From an uncultured bacterium (GTDB lineage: Bacteria > Babelota > Babeliae > Babelales > Vermiphilaceae): 64,000 nucleotides of DNA. This document shows, one piece after another, positions 10,301 to 19,685 of this stretch. Within the stretch, counting starts at the first letter, position 1, and each line of letters begins with the position of its first letter. Location: NCBI GenBank assembly GCA_963695335.1, contig OY968764.1, positions 992,001 through 1,056,000 on the forward strand. The letters are read 5' to 3'. Position numbers and translations under genes: made by a program. A model generated the notes under the pieces. That model had not been told where the DNA came from, searched no databases, and saw only the letters and a list, made by a program, of their open reading frames with translations.

Positions 10301-12752
10301 TAGAAAAGAAAACATGATATCCTATCGCGATATTATCACTTCCTGTAGTATTTGCCGGAGCGGCAAATGTTCCTGCTGCTGTATTTTGTACGCCAGTGGT
10401 GTTGGCATTCAATGTAAAATTGCCAAGAGCAGTGTTAAAGAAACCCGTTGTATTAAGTGTTAATGCATCGGAACCCAAAGCAGCATTGGTTGATGCTGTA
10501 TTATCTTTTAAGGCATTATTCCCAACAGCCACATTAAACACACCAGTAATGTTGGTAGTTAAAGCATACCGTCCAACCGCGATATCAGCTGAACCACTTG
10601 TATTTGATTCTAACGCAGCATTACCAACCGCAACGTTAGCCAAACCTATTAAGTTTGTTTGTAATGTTTTACTACCAACCGCAGTATTATCAATACCTAT
10701 GGTGTTTGATTCTAATGAATGAGCGCCAACAGCAGTATTTTCAAAACCAGTAATATTTGAAGTTAATGCATTATAACCAACCGCGGTATTTTCATATCCT
10801 GTTAAATTTGATTGTAATGCATGATTACCAAGAGCTGTATTATAACTTGCAACAGTATTTTGCTGTAACGCAAAATTACCAACCGCAAGATTATCGTTAC
10901 CTACGGTATTAAATTCTAAAGCAAAATTACCCATGGCAACGTTTTCAATACCGGTTGTATTTGCTGCTAAAGCAAAATTGCCAACTGCTACATTATGATG
11001 ACCTGTTGTGTTACTTTCTAACGCAAAATTACCAAAACCTGCATTAAAATCACCAACATTCTCTTCTAGAACCTGAGTACCAAATGCAGCATTAGATGAA
11101 CCTGTTACATTGGCTACTAAAGTATTCACACCAACGGCAACGTTAAACAGTCCCGTTGTATTATTTTGCAGAGAATTCATACCAATTGCGATATTTTCCG
11201 ACCCACTCGTGTTGGATTCCAATGCAAAATTACCAATTGCTATGTTTAATAAACCTAAAGTATTAGATTCTAACGCATCAACACCTATTGCAATATTATC
11301 ATGACCAAGTGTATTAGATTCTAAAGCGTTATTACCTATTGCAATATTTTGATATCCTGTAGTATTAGAAAAAAGTGCATTAACACCAATGGCAGTATTA
11401 TCATATCCAGTTATATTTGATTGTAATGCATTAACTCCATAGCCACTGTTACCTCCAAATCCGCTCATGGTAAAGTTACCTGCATTAACACCCACGAACG
11501 TATTATCTATTCCAAAATTTTGTATAAAGCTATTTCCAGCTTTCAGAACATTACCTATGCTTGGACTTATGGAATTATTCATAAGAAGATTACAACCAAC
11601 AATCACATCACATGCGCTTATTGTTTGACCAGAAATTTCACCTACTGATAAGTTATCAATAGAAGCATCTACTGCAGAGAAATTGATCACACACAGGTCA
11701 TTAATGCAATCTCCTACAACAATATCAGTAACAGATAACAATTGAATGGTAGCATTATTAATAATCGCGTCATTGACTGATAATGTACCACTGACTGTTG
11801 CATCAACTGCTGATAAATCATTAACACATAATGAATCAAGGCAGCTTCCAACAACGATTTCCCCTATTGATAAATGTTCAATAAAAGCATTGTTAACTGA
11901 TAATGTACCACTGACTGTTGCGTCAACAGCTGACAAATCATTAACACATAAACTTTCCATGCAACTTAAAACAACAAGATCTGTTACCGTTAAATTGTTA
12001 GTACAAAGATCAATACAACTTCCTCCTGGGGAAATTATATCGGTAACTGTTAACGTATTGACGCATAAACTATCAATACAACTTAAAACGGTTAGATCTG
12101 TGACAGTTAATGCACCTTCTATAATAACATCATCTTCGAATATGGCCTTATCATATACTTTTAACTTACCATGGAGCCTTGTTTTTCCTTTAACAATTAA
12201 ATTGTCATCAATACGAACATCTTCTTTAAAATAAGTATCATTAAAAATAGTAACTATAGGTTTAAATCCAGGACAAGGACAACAATTATCGTTATTCTCA
12301 AAGGTATTATGTTTTACAGCTTCTGGTGCGATAGATAATGAACCATTAATCATTTGATTAATCACAAGCTCAAGATCATGTATTAATTTTTTAGTTAATT
12401 TTTTAGGTAAATTTTTATAATTTTTTTCTATAACTCGTTCAGCATAATCAAGAACTTGTGCAACTGCATCCCATTCACCAAACAAAAATCCTTGATCCAT
12501 GTGTGCACGTAATGCCCAAAGACAAGAATTTTTATTTTCGTCTAATTCACTCATTTCTTTAATAACTTCACGAATTTTACTGGTTTTTGTACCAAAATAG
12601 ATATATTGATCAGATACTTGATGATGTGGATTATTCATTTCGCTGTCAAAAGAATGTGGTAACAAATCTCTTCTTTCCGCTAATAATGGTATAGCGCATG
12701 CACCTAATAACAGTGGCAAAATACCATACCGTTTTAATTGACGTACATTCAT
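7347..12752 (-). CDS. 1801-aa secreted fibre/adhesin-like protein: Cys-rich stalk, long GxxNxAxG repeat region, S74-type chaperone
   Basis: Signal peptide; SCxDxLC repeats; many NxAxG repeats; PSSRRFKH...LRPVSF...YGLIAEE. Confidence 0.85.
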   Translation of the reverse strand: MNVRQLKRYGILPLLLGACAIPLLAERRDLLPHSFDSEMNNPHHQVSDQYIYFGTKTSKIREVIKEMSELDENKNSCLWALRAHMDQGFLFGEWDAVAQVLDYAERVIEKNYKNLPKKLTKKLIHDLELVINQMINGSLSIAPEAVKHNTFENNDNCCPCPGFKPIVTIFNDTYFKEDVRIDDNLIVKGKTRLHGKLKVYDKAIFEDDVIIEGALTVTDLTVLSCIDSLCVNTLTVTDIISPGGSCIDLCTNNLTVTDLVVLSCMESLCVNDLSAVDATVSGTLSVNNAFIEHLSIGEIVVGSCLDSLCVNDLSAVDATVSGTLSVNDAIINNATIQLLSVTDIVVGDCINDLCVINFSAVDASIDNLSVGEISGQTISACDVIVGCNLLMNNSISPSIGNVLKAGNSFIQNFGIDNTFVGVNAGNFTMSGFGGNSGYGVNALQSNITGYDNTAIGVNALFSNTTGYQNIAIGNNALESNTLGHDNIAIGVDALESNTLGLLNIAIGNFALESNTSGSENIAIGMNSLQNNTTGLFNVAVGVNTLVANVTGSSNAAFGTQVLEENVGDFNAGFGNFALESNTTGHHNVAVGNFALAANTTGIENVAMGNFALEFNTVGNDNLAVGNFALQQNTVASYNTALGNHALQSNLTGYENTAVGYNALTSNITGFENTAVGAHSLESNTIGIDNTAVGSKTLQTNLIGLANVAVGNAALESNTSGSADIAVGRYALTTNITGVFNVAVGNNALKDNTASTNAALGSDALTLNTTGFFNTALGNFTLNANTTGVQNTAAGTFAAPANTTGSDNIAIGYHVFFSNVTGNENVAIGNHALETVTGADFTVGPITLTGDRNVAVGYEALQDHQIGEATAVGTFALQHNTTGYANTAVGYAALQENLIGADNTAVGHDALTSNLDGVSNTAVGSSAMTTNIGGINNTAVGANALFANVAGASNVAVGSKTMFSNVVGDENVAVGAQSQFLGTASIENVSVGTNSLFALPAGRDNVAIGQAALEAYIFPTDDNVAVGYQALREDLIGVGNTAVGTSALTHNQADRNTAVGQFAMRFNSIGTENSALGWSALIDNNIGVDNTAIGSQSMLVNTNGSFNTAVGWSALSSDISGNGNTAVGWSALEANLVDFNTAVGYDALLLNTLGIENTAVGVSAIANNTIGLGNTAVGFESLESNEASFNTAVGDRTLNLNVEGAFNTAVGALSMVANVSGEGNTATGYQTLNTNNGNFNTAVGFEAMLNNTEGAGNVAVGNLTLFTNTIGNNNIAIGPQALFTNPDGFNNIAIGPRAMELSPSGAASNNIGIGSGVLLNIDNASNIAVGNDAMGVSTTALKNIAVGTGALSTNNGTTNIAIGDQAMTLNETGALNIAIGQNALSVDSGLSNIAIGNNTMLTSPTGVATFNIAIGDSALSANGQFNNIAIGQNAMSVSATGFSNIAIGQSALSANDATNNIAIGVLSMGSGAGAINNIAMGRNTLQINESASNIAIGHGAMATAPGATLNIGIGNAVLAVNEGASNIAMGNNAMGTSTTGNGNIAIGDGAGEAMQGDGNIAIGIGAMAANAAVGNIAIGNGALPVSTGANNIAIGNTAGALSPAGVDNIWIGSEGFPTVGTIGIGTPLVHDIIVLPESALLLPADIGVGYIPNAPVTGYATLGFVIPLAPSSRRFKHDIMDIGTDSEAIYQLRPVSFEYNDDPMIKRSKLNIKQYGLIAEETVSIIPELVKTDPFGSGEIFGVEYDMLIPLLLNEVQKMNKKVTELQEKDLTIADLREDNQKMKKIINNLLARIKELEKRMN

Positions 12753-12861
12753 GTATAACTCCTTTTTTTTAATTCAATAAAAAATTAATGGAGACAAAAA
12801 ACTCTTTAGTTTGTAATAAAAATAAAACAAGGCAATTAAAAAAATAAACAGTTATGTATAA

Positions 12862-12894
12862 AAAAAGGCATTCACTTGCATGAATGCCTTTTTT
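12862..12894 (-). terminator. Rho-independent terminator
   Basis: aaaaaaggcattca-cttgca-tgaatgccttttt. Confidence 0.8.
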
Positions 12895-12914
12895 AGAGAT
12901 ATATGAAGAACTAA

Positions 12915-15371
12915 TTATTCTAAATTCAATGCCGCTGTAGTCATTGCTGCAGCAATACCTCTGAGCATTGCACCAAATTTTTGATTATCAGCTTGAAGAT
13001 CTTGCACAATACCATTTAATTTTTGCACTTCATTGAGAAGTAACATAGGTAATAAATGATAGCGTACAGTGTATGGTGTGCCTTCTTCATCGCGGATAAC
13101 TAATGCAGGGAATACTTGATCAACTTCTTCAGCAATTAAACCATACTGTTTTGTTTCTGTTGCATCGCTATTATACACAAAGGTTACAGGATGCAAGTTG
13201 TATATATTTTCTGAATCAACATAGTCCATATCTTCTATGTTATGTTTGAATCTTTGTGAAGAAACAACCGTTCCTAATTGACCCGCTGCATCAACAAACA
13301 CTGGTATACCAGTACCGCCAACAACACTTGTGAACACACCTTGTAAAAATGCTGCTGTATGAGTAGCAGTTGTACCAATACGTATAATACCACTTTCAGT
13401 TGCAACACCAGGATTTGATATATAAATGTTATCATCACCAACTGTCAAACTCACTCCAGCGTTAAATCCAACAATAACATTCGTATCACCGGTTGCTGCA
13501 AATGCTGCTGCATTGTTTCCTACGAAAACGTTATTGAGTCCTGTTGAACTAAATCCTGCCTGGAATCCAACTGCCACATTACCAGAACCAACTATATTAG
13601 ATGCTAATGTAAAGCCACCAAGCGCGGTATTTTCATTACCTGTTGTGTTTGATGTTAAAGCAAATGCACCCACTGCTACGTTATTTTCTCCAATAGTATT
13701 GCCTGGTAAAGCAAATCCACCAACCGCTACGTTTTCAAAACCTGTTGTGTTTGAAGATAATGCTTGACGTCCAATACCCACGTTTTCAGCACCAGTTGTG
13801 GTAAAATTACCAGCATTTATACCAACAAAGGTGTTATCAGTTCCAAAATTATGAATAAATCTGATACCACCCTTAAGAACGTTACCGATAAGAGGACTTA
13901 TTGAGTTATTCATAAGAAGATTACAACCAACAATCACGTCACACGCACTGATTGTTCCACCAGAGATTTCACCTACTGATAAGTTATCAATAGAAGCATC
14001 TACCGCAGAAAAATTGATAACGCAAAGATTTTCTATGCAATCATTAACAACTAAATCATTAACGGATAATGAATCAATAGAAGCATCAACTGCCGAAAAA
14101 TCGATAACACAAAGACTATCAAGACAGCTTGCAATAATAATGTCACCTACAGACAAATTATCAATCGTTGCATTAACTGCTGATAAATTAATCACACAAA
14201 GATTTTCCATACAACTATTTACAACTAACTCATTAACCGATAACGAACCAATAAATGCATCAGTTGCTGATAGATTAACAACACAAAGACTATCAATACA
14301 ACTTAAAACAATAATCTCTCCTATAGATAAATTATCGATAACAGCATTAACTGCTGATAAATTCTCAACACATAAATTGTCTATACAGCTGTTTACTACT
14401 AATTCATTAACCGATAATGAATTAATAAATGCATCAGTTGCGGATAAGTTAGTAACGCAAAGGTTATCAATACAGCTAAGAACTGTTAGATCTGTAACAG
14501 ACAAGTTAGTGACACAAAGATTTTCCACACAGCTCAATATAATTATATCAGTGACAGTTAAATTATTTACACAAAGATGATCAAGACAACTACCAATAGG
14601 AAAAATAATATCAATAACCGTTAATTCATTCACACAAAGATTATCAATACAACTCAGTACTACTAAATCAGATACCGTTAATGTACCTTCTATAGTAACA
14701 TCTTCTTCAAATTCAACATCATCTTTAAACTTAACTTCATCATAAAACTTAACATCATCTTTAAATTTAACCTTATTCAAAAATTCAACTTTTTGTCTTA
14801 TTTTAATCAACTTACATTGTCTTACAGGGCAACAATGATCAGATTCTGTTGTAAAGCATTGTCTAATAATTCTAGCATCTTCAACAATAGAAGGGTCTCC
14901 TAAAGCTGAAGGTAAATCTAAAGCCTCAATAATTTTTTGTGAATCAACGGTAAGTTGTTCATTAACAACTTTATTAACTACCTCTTCAAGAGATTGAGAA
15001 AGATCTTGCGCTTCTTGAGCATCCATTCTTAAATAATTTTCTTGTAACACAGTTTCAGCGTAACCCAAAACTTCTATAACAAAATCATACAATCCAACCG
15101 AAAAATCTTCTTCAATATTGTTTTTCAATTCATGCACTAAAGATTCTTGATTCTCATCAAATTCACTAATAGCAGACACTACTTTGTATAAATCGCTAAC
15201 ATCTTTCCCGATATAAATATATTTCATACCACTAGCTTCTAACAGCTCACGTAATTCTGTATCTGAAATATACGCTTCATCTTTTGTAATCGCTTGCATG
15301 TGAAGCGAAAAAAACAAAAGTCCAACGTGTAAAAACAGGCGATGGACTCGATTAAACCGAAGATTTTTCAT
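12915..15371 (-). CDS. Secreted fibre/adhesin-like protein with Cys-rich stalk and S74-type chaperone
   Basis: Signal peptide; nine (S/D)CxxxLC units; VSSQRFKH...LHPVTF...YGLIAEEV. Confidence 0.85.
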   Translation of the reverse strand: MKNLRFNRVHRLFLHVGLLFFSLHMQAITKDEAYISDTELRELLEASGMKYIYIGKDVSDLYKVVSAISEFDENQESLVHELKNNIEEDFSVGLYDFVIEVLGYAETVLQENYLRMDAQEAQDLSQSLEEVVNKVVNEQLTVDSQKIIEALDLPSALGDPSIVEDARIIRQCFTTESDHCCPVRQCKLIKIRQKVEFLNKVKFKDDVKFYDEVKFKDDVEFEEDVTIEGTLTVSDLVVLSCIDNLCVNELTVIDIIFPIGSCLDHLCVNNLTVTDIIILSCVENLCVTNLSVTDLTVLSCIDNLCVTNLSATDAFINSLSVNELVVNSCIDNLCVENLSAVNAVIDNLSIGEIIVLSCIDSLCVVNLSATDAFIGSLSVNELVVNSCMENLCVINLSAVNATIDNLSVGDIIIASCLDSLCVIDFSAVDASIDSLSVNDLVVNDCIENLCVINFSAVDASIDNLSVGEISGGTISACDVIVGCNLLMNNSISPLIGNVLKGGIRFIHNFGTDNTFVGINAGNFTTTGAENVGIGRQALSSNTTGFENVAVGGFALPGNTIGENNVAVGAFALTSNTTGNENTALGGFTLASNIVGSGNVAVGFQAGFSSTGLNNVFVGNNAAAFAATGDTNVIVGFNAGVSLTVGDDNIYISNPGVATESGIIRIGTTATHTAAFLQGVFTSVVGGTGIPVFVDAAGQLGTVVSSQRFKHNIEDMDYVDSENIYNLHPVTFVYNSDATETKQYGLIAEEVDQVFPALVIRDEEGTPYTVRYHLLPMLLLNEVQKLNGIVQDLQADNQKFGAMLRGIAAAMTTAALNLE

Positions 15372-15526
15372 ATAATCCCTTTTTTGTTAAAAAAACAGTT
15401 TTCTACATTAAGAAAGACTCCTTTGACATAACAAAAGGGAAAGATTAGTGTCAACATTTTGTTCGTTAATATTTTTTTATATTATAAAAAAAAGTTCCGA
15501 ATCTTTTTCCGCTCGTGGAGAGGATC

Positions 15527-16018
15527 CTATTTTTGTAACAAACTATTCTGATTACTCGACCACAATCCACACAGAGTAACAGCTAATGCATCAGTGACGT
15601 CTTCTTTTTTTGGCACTTCCATTCCAGGAAACAGTTGCAATATAACACGTGCAACCTGATCTTTTGTTGCCCCGCCAAAGCCAGTAACAGATTGTTTAAC
15701 TTCTGTAGGCGCAAACTCGCAAATAGTCGTTTTATACTTATGTGCAAGAAGATATAAAATACCTCGTAAATAACCAAGCTTTAAAAAATTTTGAGCATTT
15801 TTACCTAAGAATGGTGTTTCCAGTGCTATCACCGTAACACCATGAATGACAATTTTTTCTTCAAAAAAATTATAAAACTCTCCAACACGAATAACAAGAC
15901 TATCGGATGATGACATGGTAAGACAACCATAATCAAGAAGAAGGGCTTGACGCCCTTCTTTTTTTAAAATTCCAAATCCAGCAAACCGAAACCCTGGATC
16001 AATACCTAAAATTACCAC
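15527..16018 (-). CDS. ruvC: Holliday junction resolvase RuvC
   Basis: ILGIDPG, ALETPF, EVKQSVTGFGGATKDQV, DVTDALAV motifs. Confidence 0.95.
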   Translation of the reverse strand: MVILGIDPGFRFAGFGILKKEGRQALLLDYGCLTMSSSDSLVIRVGEFYNFFEEKIVIHGVTVIALETPFLGKNAQNFLKLGYLRGILYLLAHKYKTTICEFAPTEVKQSVTGFGGATKDQVARVILQLFPGMEVPKKEDVTDALAVTLCGLWSSNQNSLLQK

Positions 16019-16053
16019 TCTTTTTTTTCCTTTTTTTTTACTTCACTTTTTTG

Positions 16054-17592
16054 TTATGTAACTTGTTCTACCAATTCCTTAGTTGATTGCGATAATGGAT
16101 ATTGGTGAATATGTGCTAATTCTGCTGTTTCTATGCAACTATCTTCTAAATCTAAAACAGTGATAACATTATCAGTATCAAGCGTTATTTCATCTGTTGT
16201 TTTTATAACAACATATCCAGTCTCTACACTCTTTGCCAATGCTTTTCTAAAATCATCTAACGTATGAACCTTTTCACCATTAACTTCATTAATCGTATCA
16301 CCATAACGAATGCTTTGCATATGAGCTATTTTTGAATCTGAAAACACGTTAGTTACCACAAGGCGCGATCCATTACCATAAAGATTGGTTAAATAACGTC
16401 GCAATCCACCTCTTTCTTTGCACATATTAATATAGTTAACTGTTAATGGCATAATAATCATACCAGCAAACATTTCATAATCGATTGTTTCATATGCAGG
16501 AAATTTCATCGCTATACTATCATCATCTTCATCATTTTCTTTGCACGCAATGTTCAAAATTAATTCCAGCGCTTCTCCGTTACGATATATTTTTAATATA
16601 ACGTCCGTACCAATTGATTGTTGATGTATATAGGAATCAAACATTATTTTTTCATCATCACATAAAGCTTTTATTTCACCATAATTATCAATCTCATACT
16701 CATCTATGGTACAGATAATATCATTTGCTTCCACTCCCGCACAAGCTGCAGGGCTTGATGATACTACATCACACACCAAACAACCACCTTCTATGGGGCA
16801 ATTAAAATAATCTCTAATCTCTGGGGTTGTAAACGTCCAAATGATACCATTACTTTTAATTTTTAATAATTGGAATTCACGCAATGCCGGTGAGAATGTT
16901 TTAAATATATTAATTGGTGTAGCAAAGTTCGAGTTTTGCGCGTTAATGATAACCGAATTAGCAATGCCAATCACCATCCCATCTCTATTAAAAATAGGAC
17001 CTCCTGAATTTCCTGGATTAATAGGAGCATCTAATTGAAACAAACTATTTAAACGAGCGCTAATCACACCAGCAGTTCCTTTGATTTGATCCGTTTCTAT
17101 TGTGGTACCAGGATACCCTAATGCAAGAACATTTTCCCCGCGTTGAACCATATCAGAATCACCCATCTGCACATACGTAATTTTTCCAACTGTTTTACGA
17201 ACAAGTGCAACTGCTTTTTCATCAAGTTGCAAGAGTGCCACATCATGCTGAGGACATATTCCTACAACATGAGCTTTTAAACGTTGTTTACCTAAAGTGG
17301 GAATGGTTACATACACAGAAAGAGCCTGATCAACCACATGCGAGCAGGTTACAATACAACCATCTTCATTAATAAAAAAACCCGTACCTGTGCTGGTACT
17401 TGTACCACACACAACATACGGGTTAAACCAATTAGTAGCTCTTGAAGTAGAAAAAATATGAACAACAGCATCACGTGTAGCGGCTTGCACCTCTTGCCAT
17501 GCTTGATCAGTGGTGGGTGCTTCTTGTGCGCATGCTATTGAATATATTAATACGCTTAACAATCCTACAAAATACCTTTTTTTACATATCAT
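16054..17592 (-). CDS. HtrA/DegP-like serine protease with PDZ domains
   Basis: Signal peptide; TCSHVV, HDVALL, PGNSGGP catalytic triad; PDZ-like C-terminal half. Confidence 0.9.
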   Translation of the reverse strand: MICKKRYFVGLLSVLIYSIACAQEAPTTDQAWQEVQAATRDAVVHIFSTSRATNWFNPYVVCGTSTSTGTGFFINEDGCIVTCSHVVDQALSVYVTIPTLGKQRLKAHVVGICPQHDVALLQLDEKAVALVRKTVGKITYVQMGDSDMVQRGENVLALGYPGTTIETDQIKGTAGVISARLNSLFQLDAPINPGNSGGPIFNRDGMVIGIANSVIINAQNSNFATPINIFKTFSPALREFQLLKIKSNGIIWTFTTPEIRDYFNCPIEGGCLVCDVVSSSPAACAGVEANDIICTIDEYEIDNYGEIKALCDDEKIMFDSYIHQQSIGTDVILKIYRNGEALELILNIACKENDEDDDSIAMKFPAYETIDYEMFAGMIIMPLTVNYINMCKERGGLRRYLTNLYGNGSRLVVTNVFSDSKIAHMQSIRYGDTINEVNGEKVHTLDDFRKALAKSVETGYVVIKTTDEITLDTDNVITVLDLEDSCIETAELAHIHQYPLSQSTKELVEQVT

Positions 17593-17654
17593 TGTAATAG
17601 CCTCATTAAAATTATTACTTCTTTGATTTTAGAGATTATCCGGAAATCCCAATT

Positions 17655-17799
17655 CCGCTCGTCCTGAGTGTTTTTTTGTCCTCAAAAAAATGTATCGAAG
17701 GATGCGGAATAAACAAAAATATTAGAAAACTCTCTTTTATGTTGCACCCTTCGATACATTTTACTACGTTTCACTTCGTAAAACACTCAGGGCGAGCGG
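17655..17799. repeat. Inverted REP dimer, long variant with internal hairpins
   Basis: ccgctcgtcctgagtg[hairpin]tgtatcgaagga at 17655-17702 and an inverted copy at 17747-17799. Confidence 0.85.
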
Positions 17800-17856
17800 T
17801 GGGAAATAATCGAGTTTTTTAATTTTCGGATAAGTTCTTACTACAATAATGTAACT

Positions 17857-19395
17857 TTATAATAAAGAACTATCAACCTGTGTAATTAATTTTTGAGCAA
17901 ATTCCGATAATGGATATTGATAAACATGAGACAGTTCCACTGTTTCTTTGCAACTATCATATAGCGATAAAACTGTTAAAGCATTATCAGTATTTAAATA
18001 CGTTTCATCGGTAGTTTTTATCGTTATAAAACCAGTTTCTATACTTTTGTATAATACTTTTCTCAATTCATCTAATGTGGTAACGCATTCACCATTAACC
18101 TCATTAATAGTGTCAGCCCAACGAATTGTTTTTATATGTTCAACTTTAGATCCTGAAATAAGATTTGCAATAACAAGGCGTGGTCCATTATCATGAAGAT
18201 TCGTCAAATATCGCGCTAAACCAGGCTTATCTTTAGAATATGCTTTAATATAATTTACTGTTAATGGCATAATAACCATGCCCGCAAACACTTCATAATC
18301 TATTTTTTCATAAGGAGGATATTTTGTACTAATATTATTATCATCCAGTAAATCAATAGTAACAGGAATATCCAATGATACTCCATTACGCCATACACTA
18401 AAATTAACTTCTGCCCCTAAAGGAAGCATCACTATATATTCATAAAATGATATTTTACTACTACCAGGCAAAACAATTATTTCGGCATAATTATCTATAA
18501 AATAACCATTAACCGCAGAAATAATATCCCCTATTCGCAATCCAGCGACATAACCTTTTTTTAAAGGATCAAGATCACATATCAAACAACCATTTACATC
18601 TGTATTACCAAAATAGCTTCTGATTTCCTGATTAGTCGGCTCCCATACCATCCCAAAATCACTATTTATTTTTAATAATTTATGATCATAGAGATCAGAT
18701 AATGATGATTTTAAAACATTAATAGGAACAGCAAAATTAGTACCTTGTGCCTCTTTATTTCCTCCTCTATGAATTCCAATAACCATCCCTTTTTTATTAA
18801 ATACAGGACCACCCGAATTGCCTGGATTCGTTGCAATATCATACTGTAAATATCGATAAAGATGAGCACTTACAACTCCAGAAGTAGCCTTAAGCTCTTT
18901 TGCTGCCAAGGGATATCCCAATGACAAAACTTCTTCTCCGCTTCGTATCTCGTCTGAATCACCTAATTGAAGATATGGTATTTGATTAAATTCTTTATGA
19001 ATTACACTGAGAGACTCTTGCGTAAAGCGTAATAATGCTATGTCACGCTCTGGGCATATCCCGATAACATCAACTTTAAAACGTTGCTTGCCAAATGCTG
19101 CCATAGAAATAAAAACTGCTAATGCATCTTCAACAACATGAGAACATGTTACGATATCGCCAGTGCTGTTAATGATAAAGCCTGTTCCACAGGTATTTTT
19201 AGTGTTATTTACACAATATGGATTAGACCAATTAACATCTCTTGATGTAACAAAAATTTGAACTACTGCATCACGTGCAGCTACTTGAACTTCTTGCCAT
19301 GTTTGATCGGCAATAGCAGATTCCTGCATACATTGCATGGAACAAGAACTGAATACACTCAACAAAATTGCGGCATATATTTTTTTATATAACAT
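17857..19395 (-). CDS. HtrA/DegP-like serine protease with PDZ domains (tandem paralog)
   Basis: TCSHVV, RDIALL, PGNSGGP; colinear with the 16054-17592 protein, both 512 aa. Confidence 0.9.
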   Translation of the reverse strand: MLYKKIYAAILLSVFSSCSMQCMQESAIADQTWQEVQVAARDAVVQIFVTSRDVNWSNPYCVNNTKNTCGTGFIINSTGDIVTCSHVVEDALAVFISMAAFGKQRFKVDVIGICPERDIALLRFTQESLSVIHKEFNQIPYLQLGDSDEIRSGEEVLSLGYPLAAKELKATSGVVSAHLYRYLQYDIATNPGNSGGPVFNKKGMVIGIHRGGNKEAQGTNFAVPINVLKSSLSDLYDHKLLKINSDFGMVWEPTNQEIRSYFGNTDVNGCLICDLDPLKKGYVAGLRIGDIISAVNGYFIDNYAEIIVLPGSSKISFYEYIVMLPLGAEVNFSVWRNGVSLDIPVTIDLLDDNNISTKYPPYEKIDYEVFAGMVIMPLTVNYIKAYSKDKPGLARYLTNLHDNGPRLVIANLISGSKVEHIKTIRWADTINEVNGECVTTLDELRKVLYKSIETGFITIKTTDETYLNTDNALTVLSLYDSCKETVELSHVYQYPLSEFAQKLITQVDSSLL

Positions 19396-19452
19396 GTTTG
19401 TATAACCTCCATTGTATATGTTATTTTATTTTTATAGCCTCAATTAAAACTC

Positions 19453-19617
19453 TTATTTTTTATTTTTTTTAACCACAACATGACTTTTTTGAAACACAGA
19501 ATGTTGTTTACCGTACAACAATGAAGCAAAACCTTGATACAATAATCCCCCTACTACTAACGCAGTAAACGTACTTAACACAAATTCATCTCTTTTAGAA
19601 AAAAATCTACTTTTCAT
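19453..19617 (-). CDS. Possible 54-aa small membrane protein
   Basis: Hand-translated MKSRFFSKRDEFVLSTFTALVVGGLLYQGFASLLYGKQHSVFQKSHVVVKKNKK; aagggg RBS-like sequence upstream. Confidence 0.4.
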   Translation of the reverse strand: MKSRFFSKRDEFVLSTFTALVVGGLLYQGFASLLYGKQHSVFQKSHVVVKKNKK

Positions 19618-19685
19618 TCATGGCCCCTTCCACAACATTGTTTTAGTTAACTTTTTTATAATACCTAATCGAAATGAAATTTTAA

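Noticed and set aside
10..14580. Long antisense ORFs over the fibre genes (e.g. 10-840, 7804-8265, 11746-12234, 14014-14580)
   Set aside because: Shadow frames of repetitive coding sequence on the opposite strand.
1..15371. Prophage
   Set aside because: Only fibre/chaperone-like genes; no terminase, capsid, portal or lysis genes, and the proteins have signal peptides.
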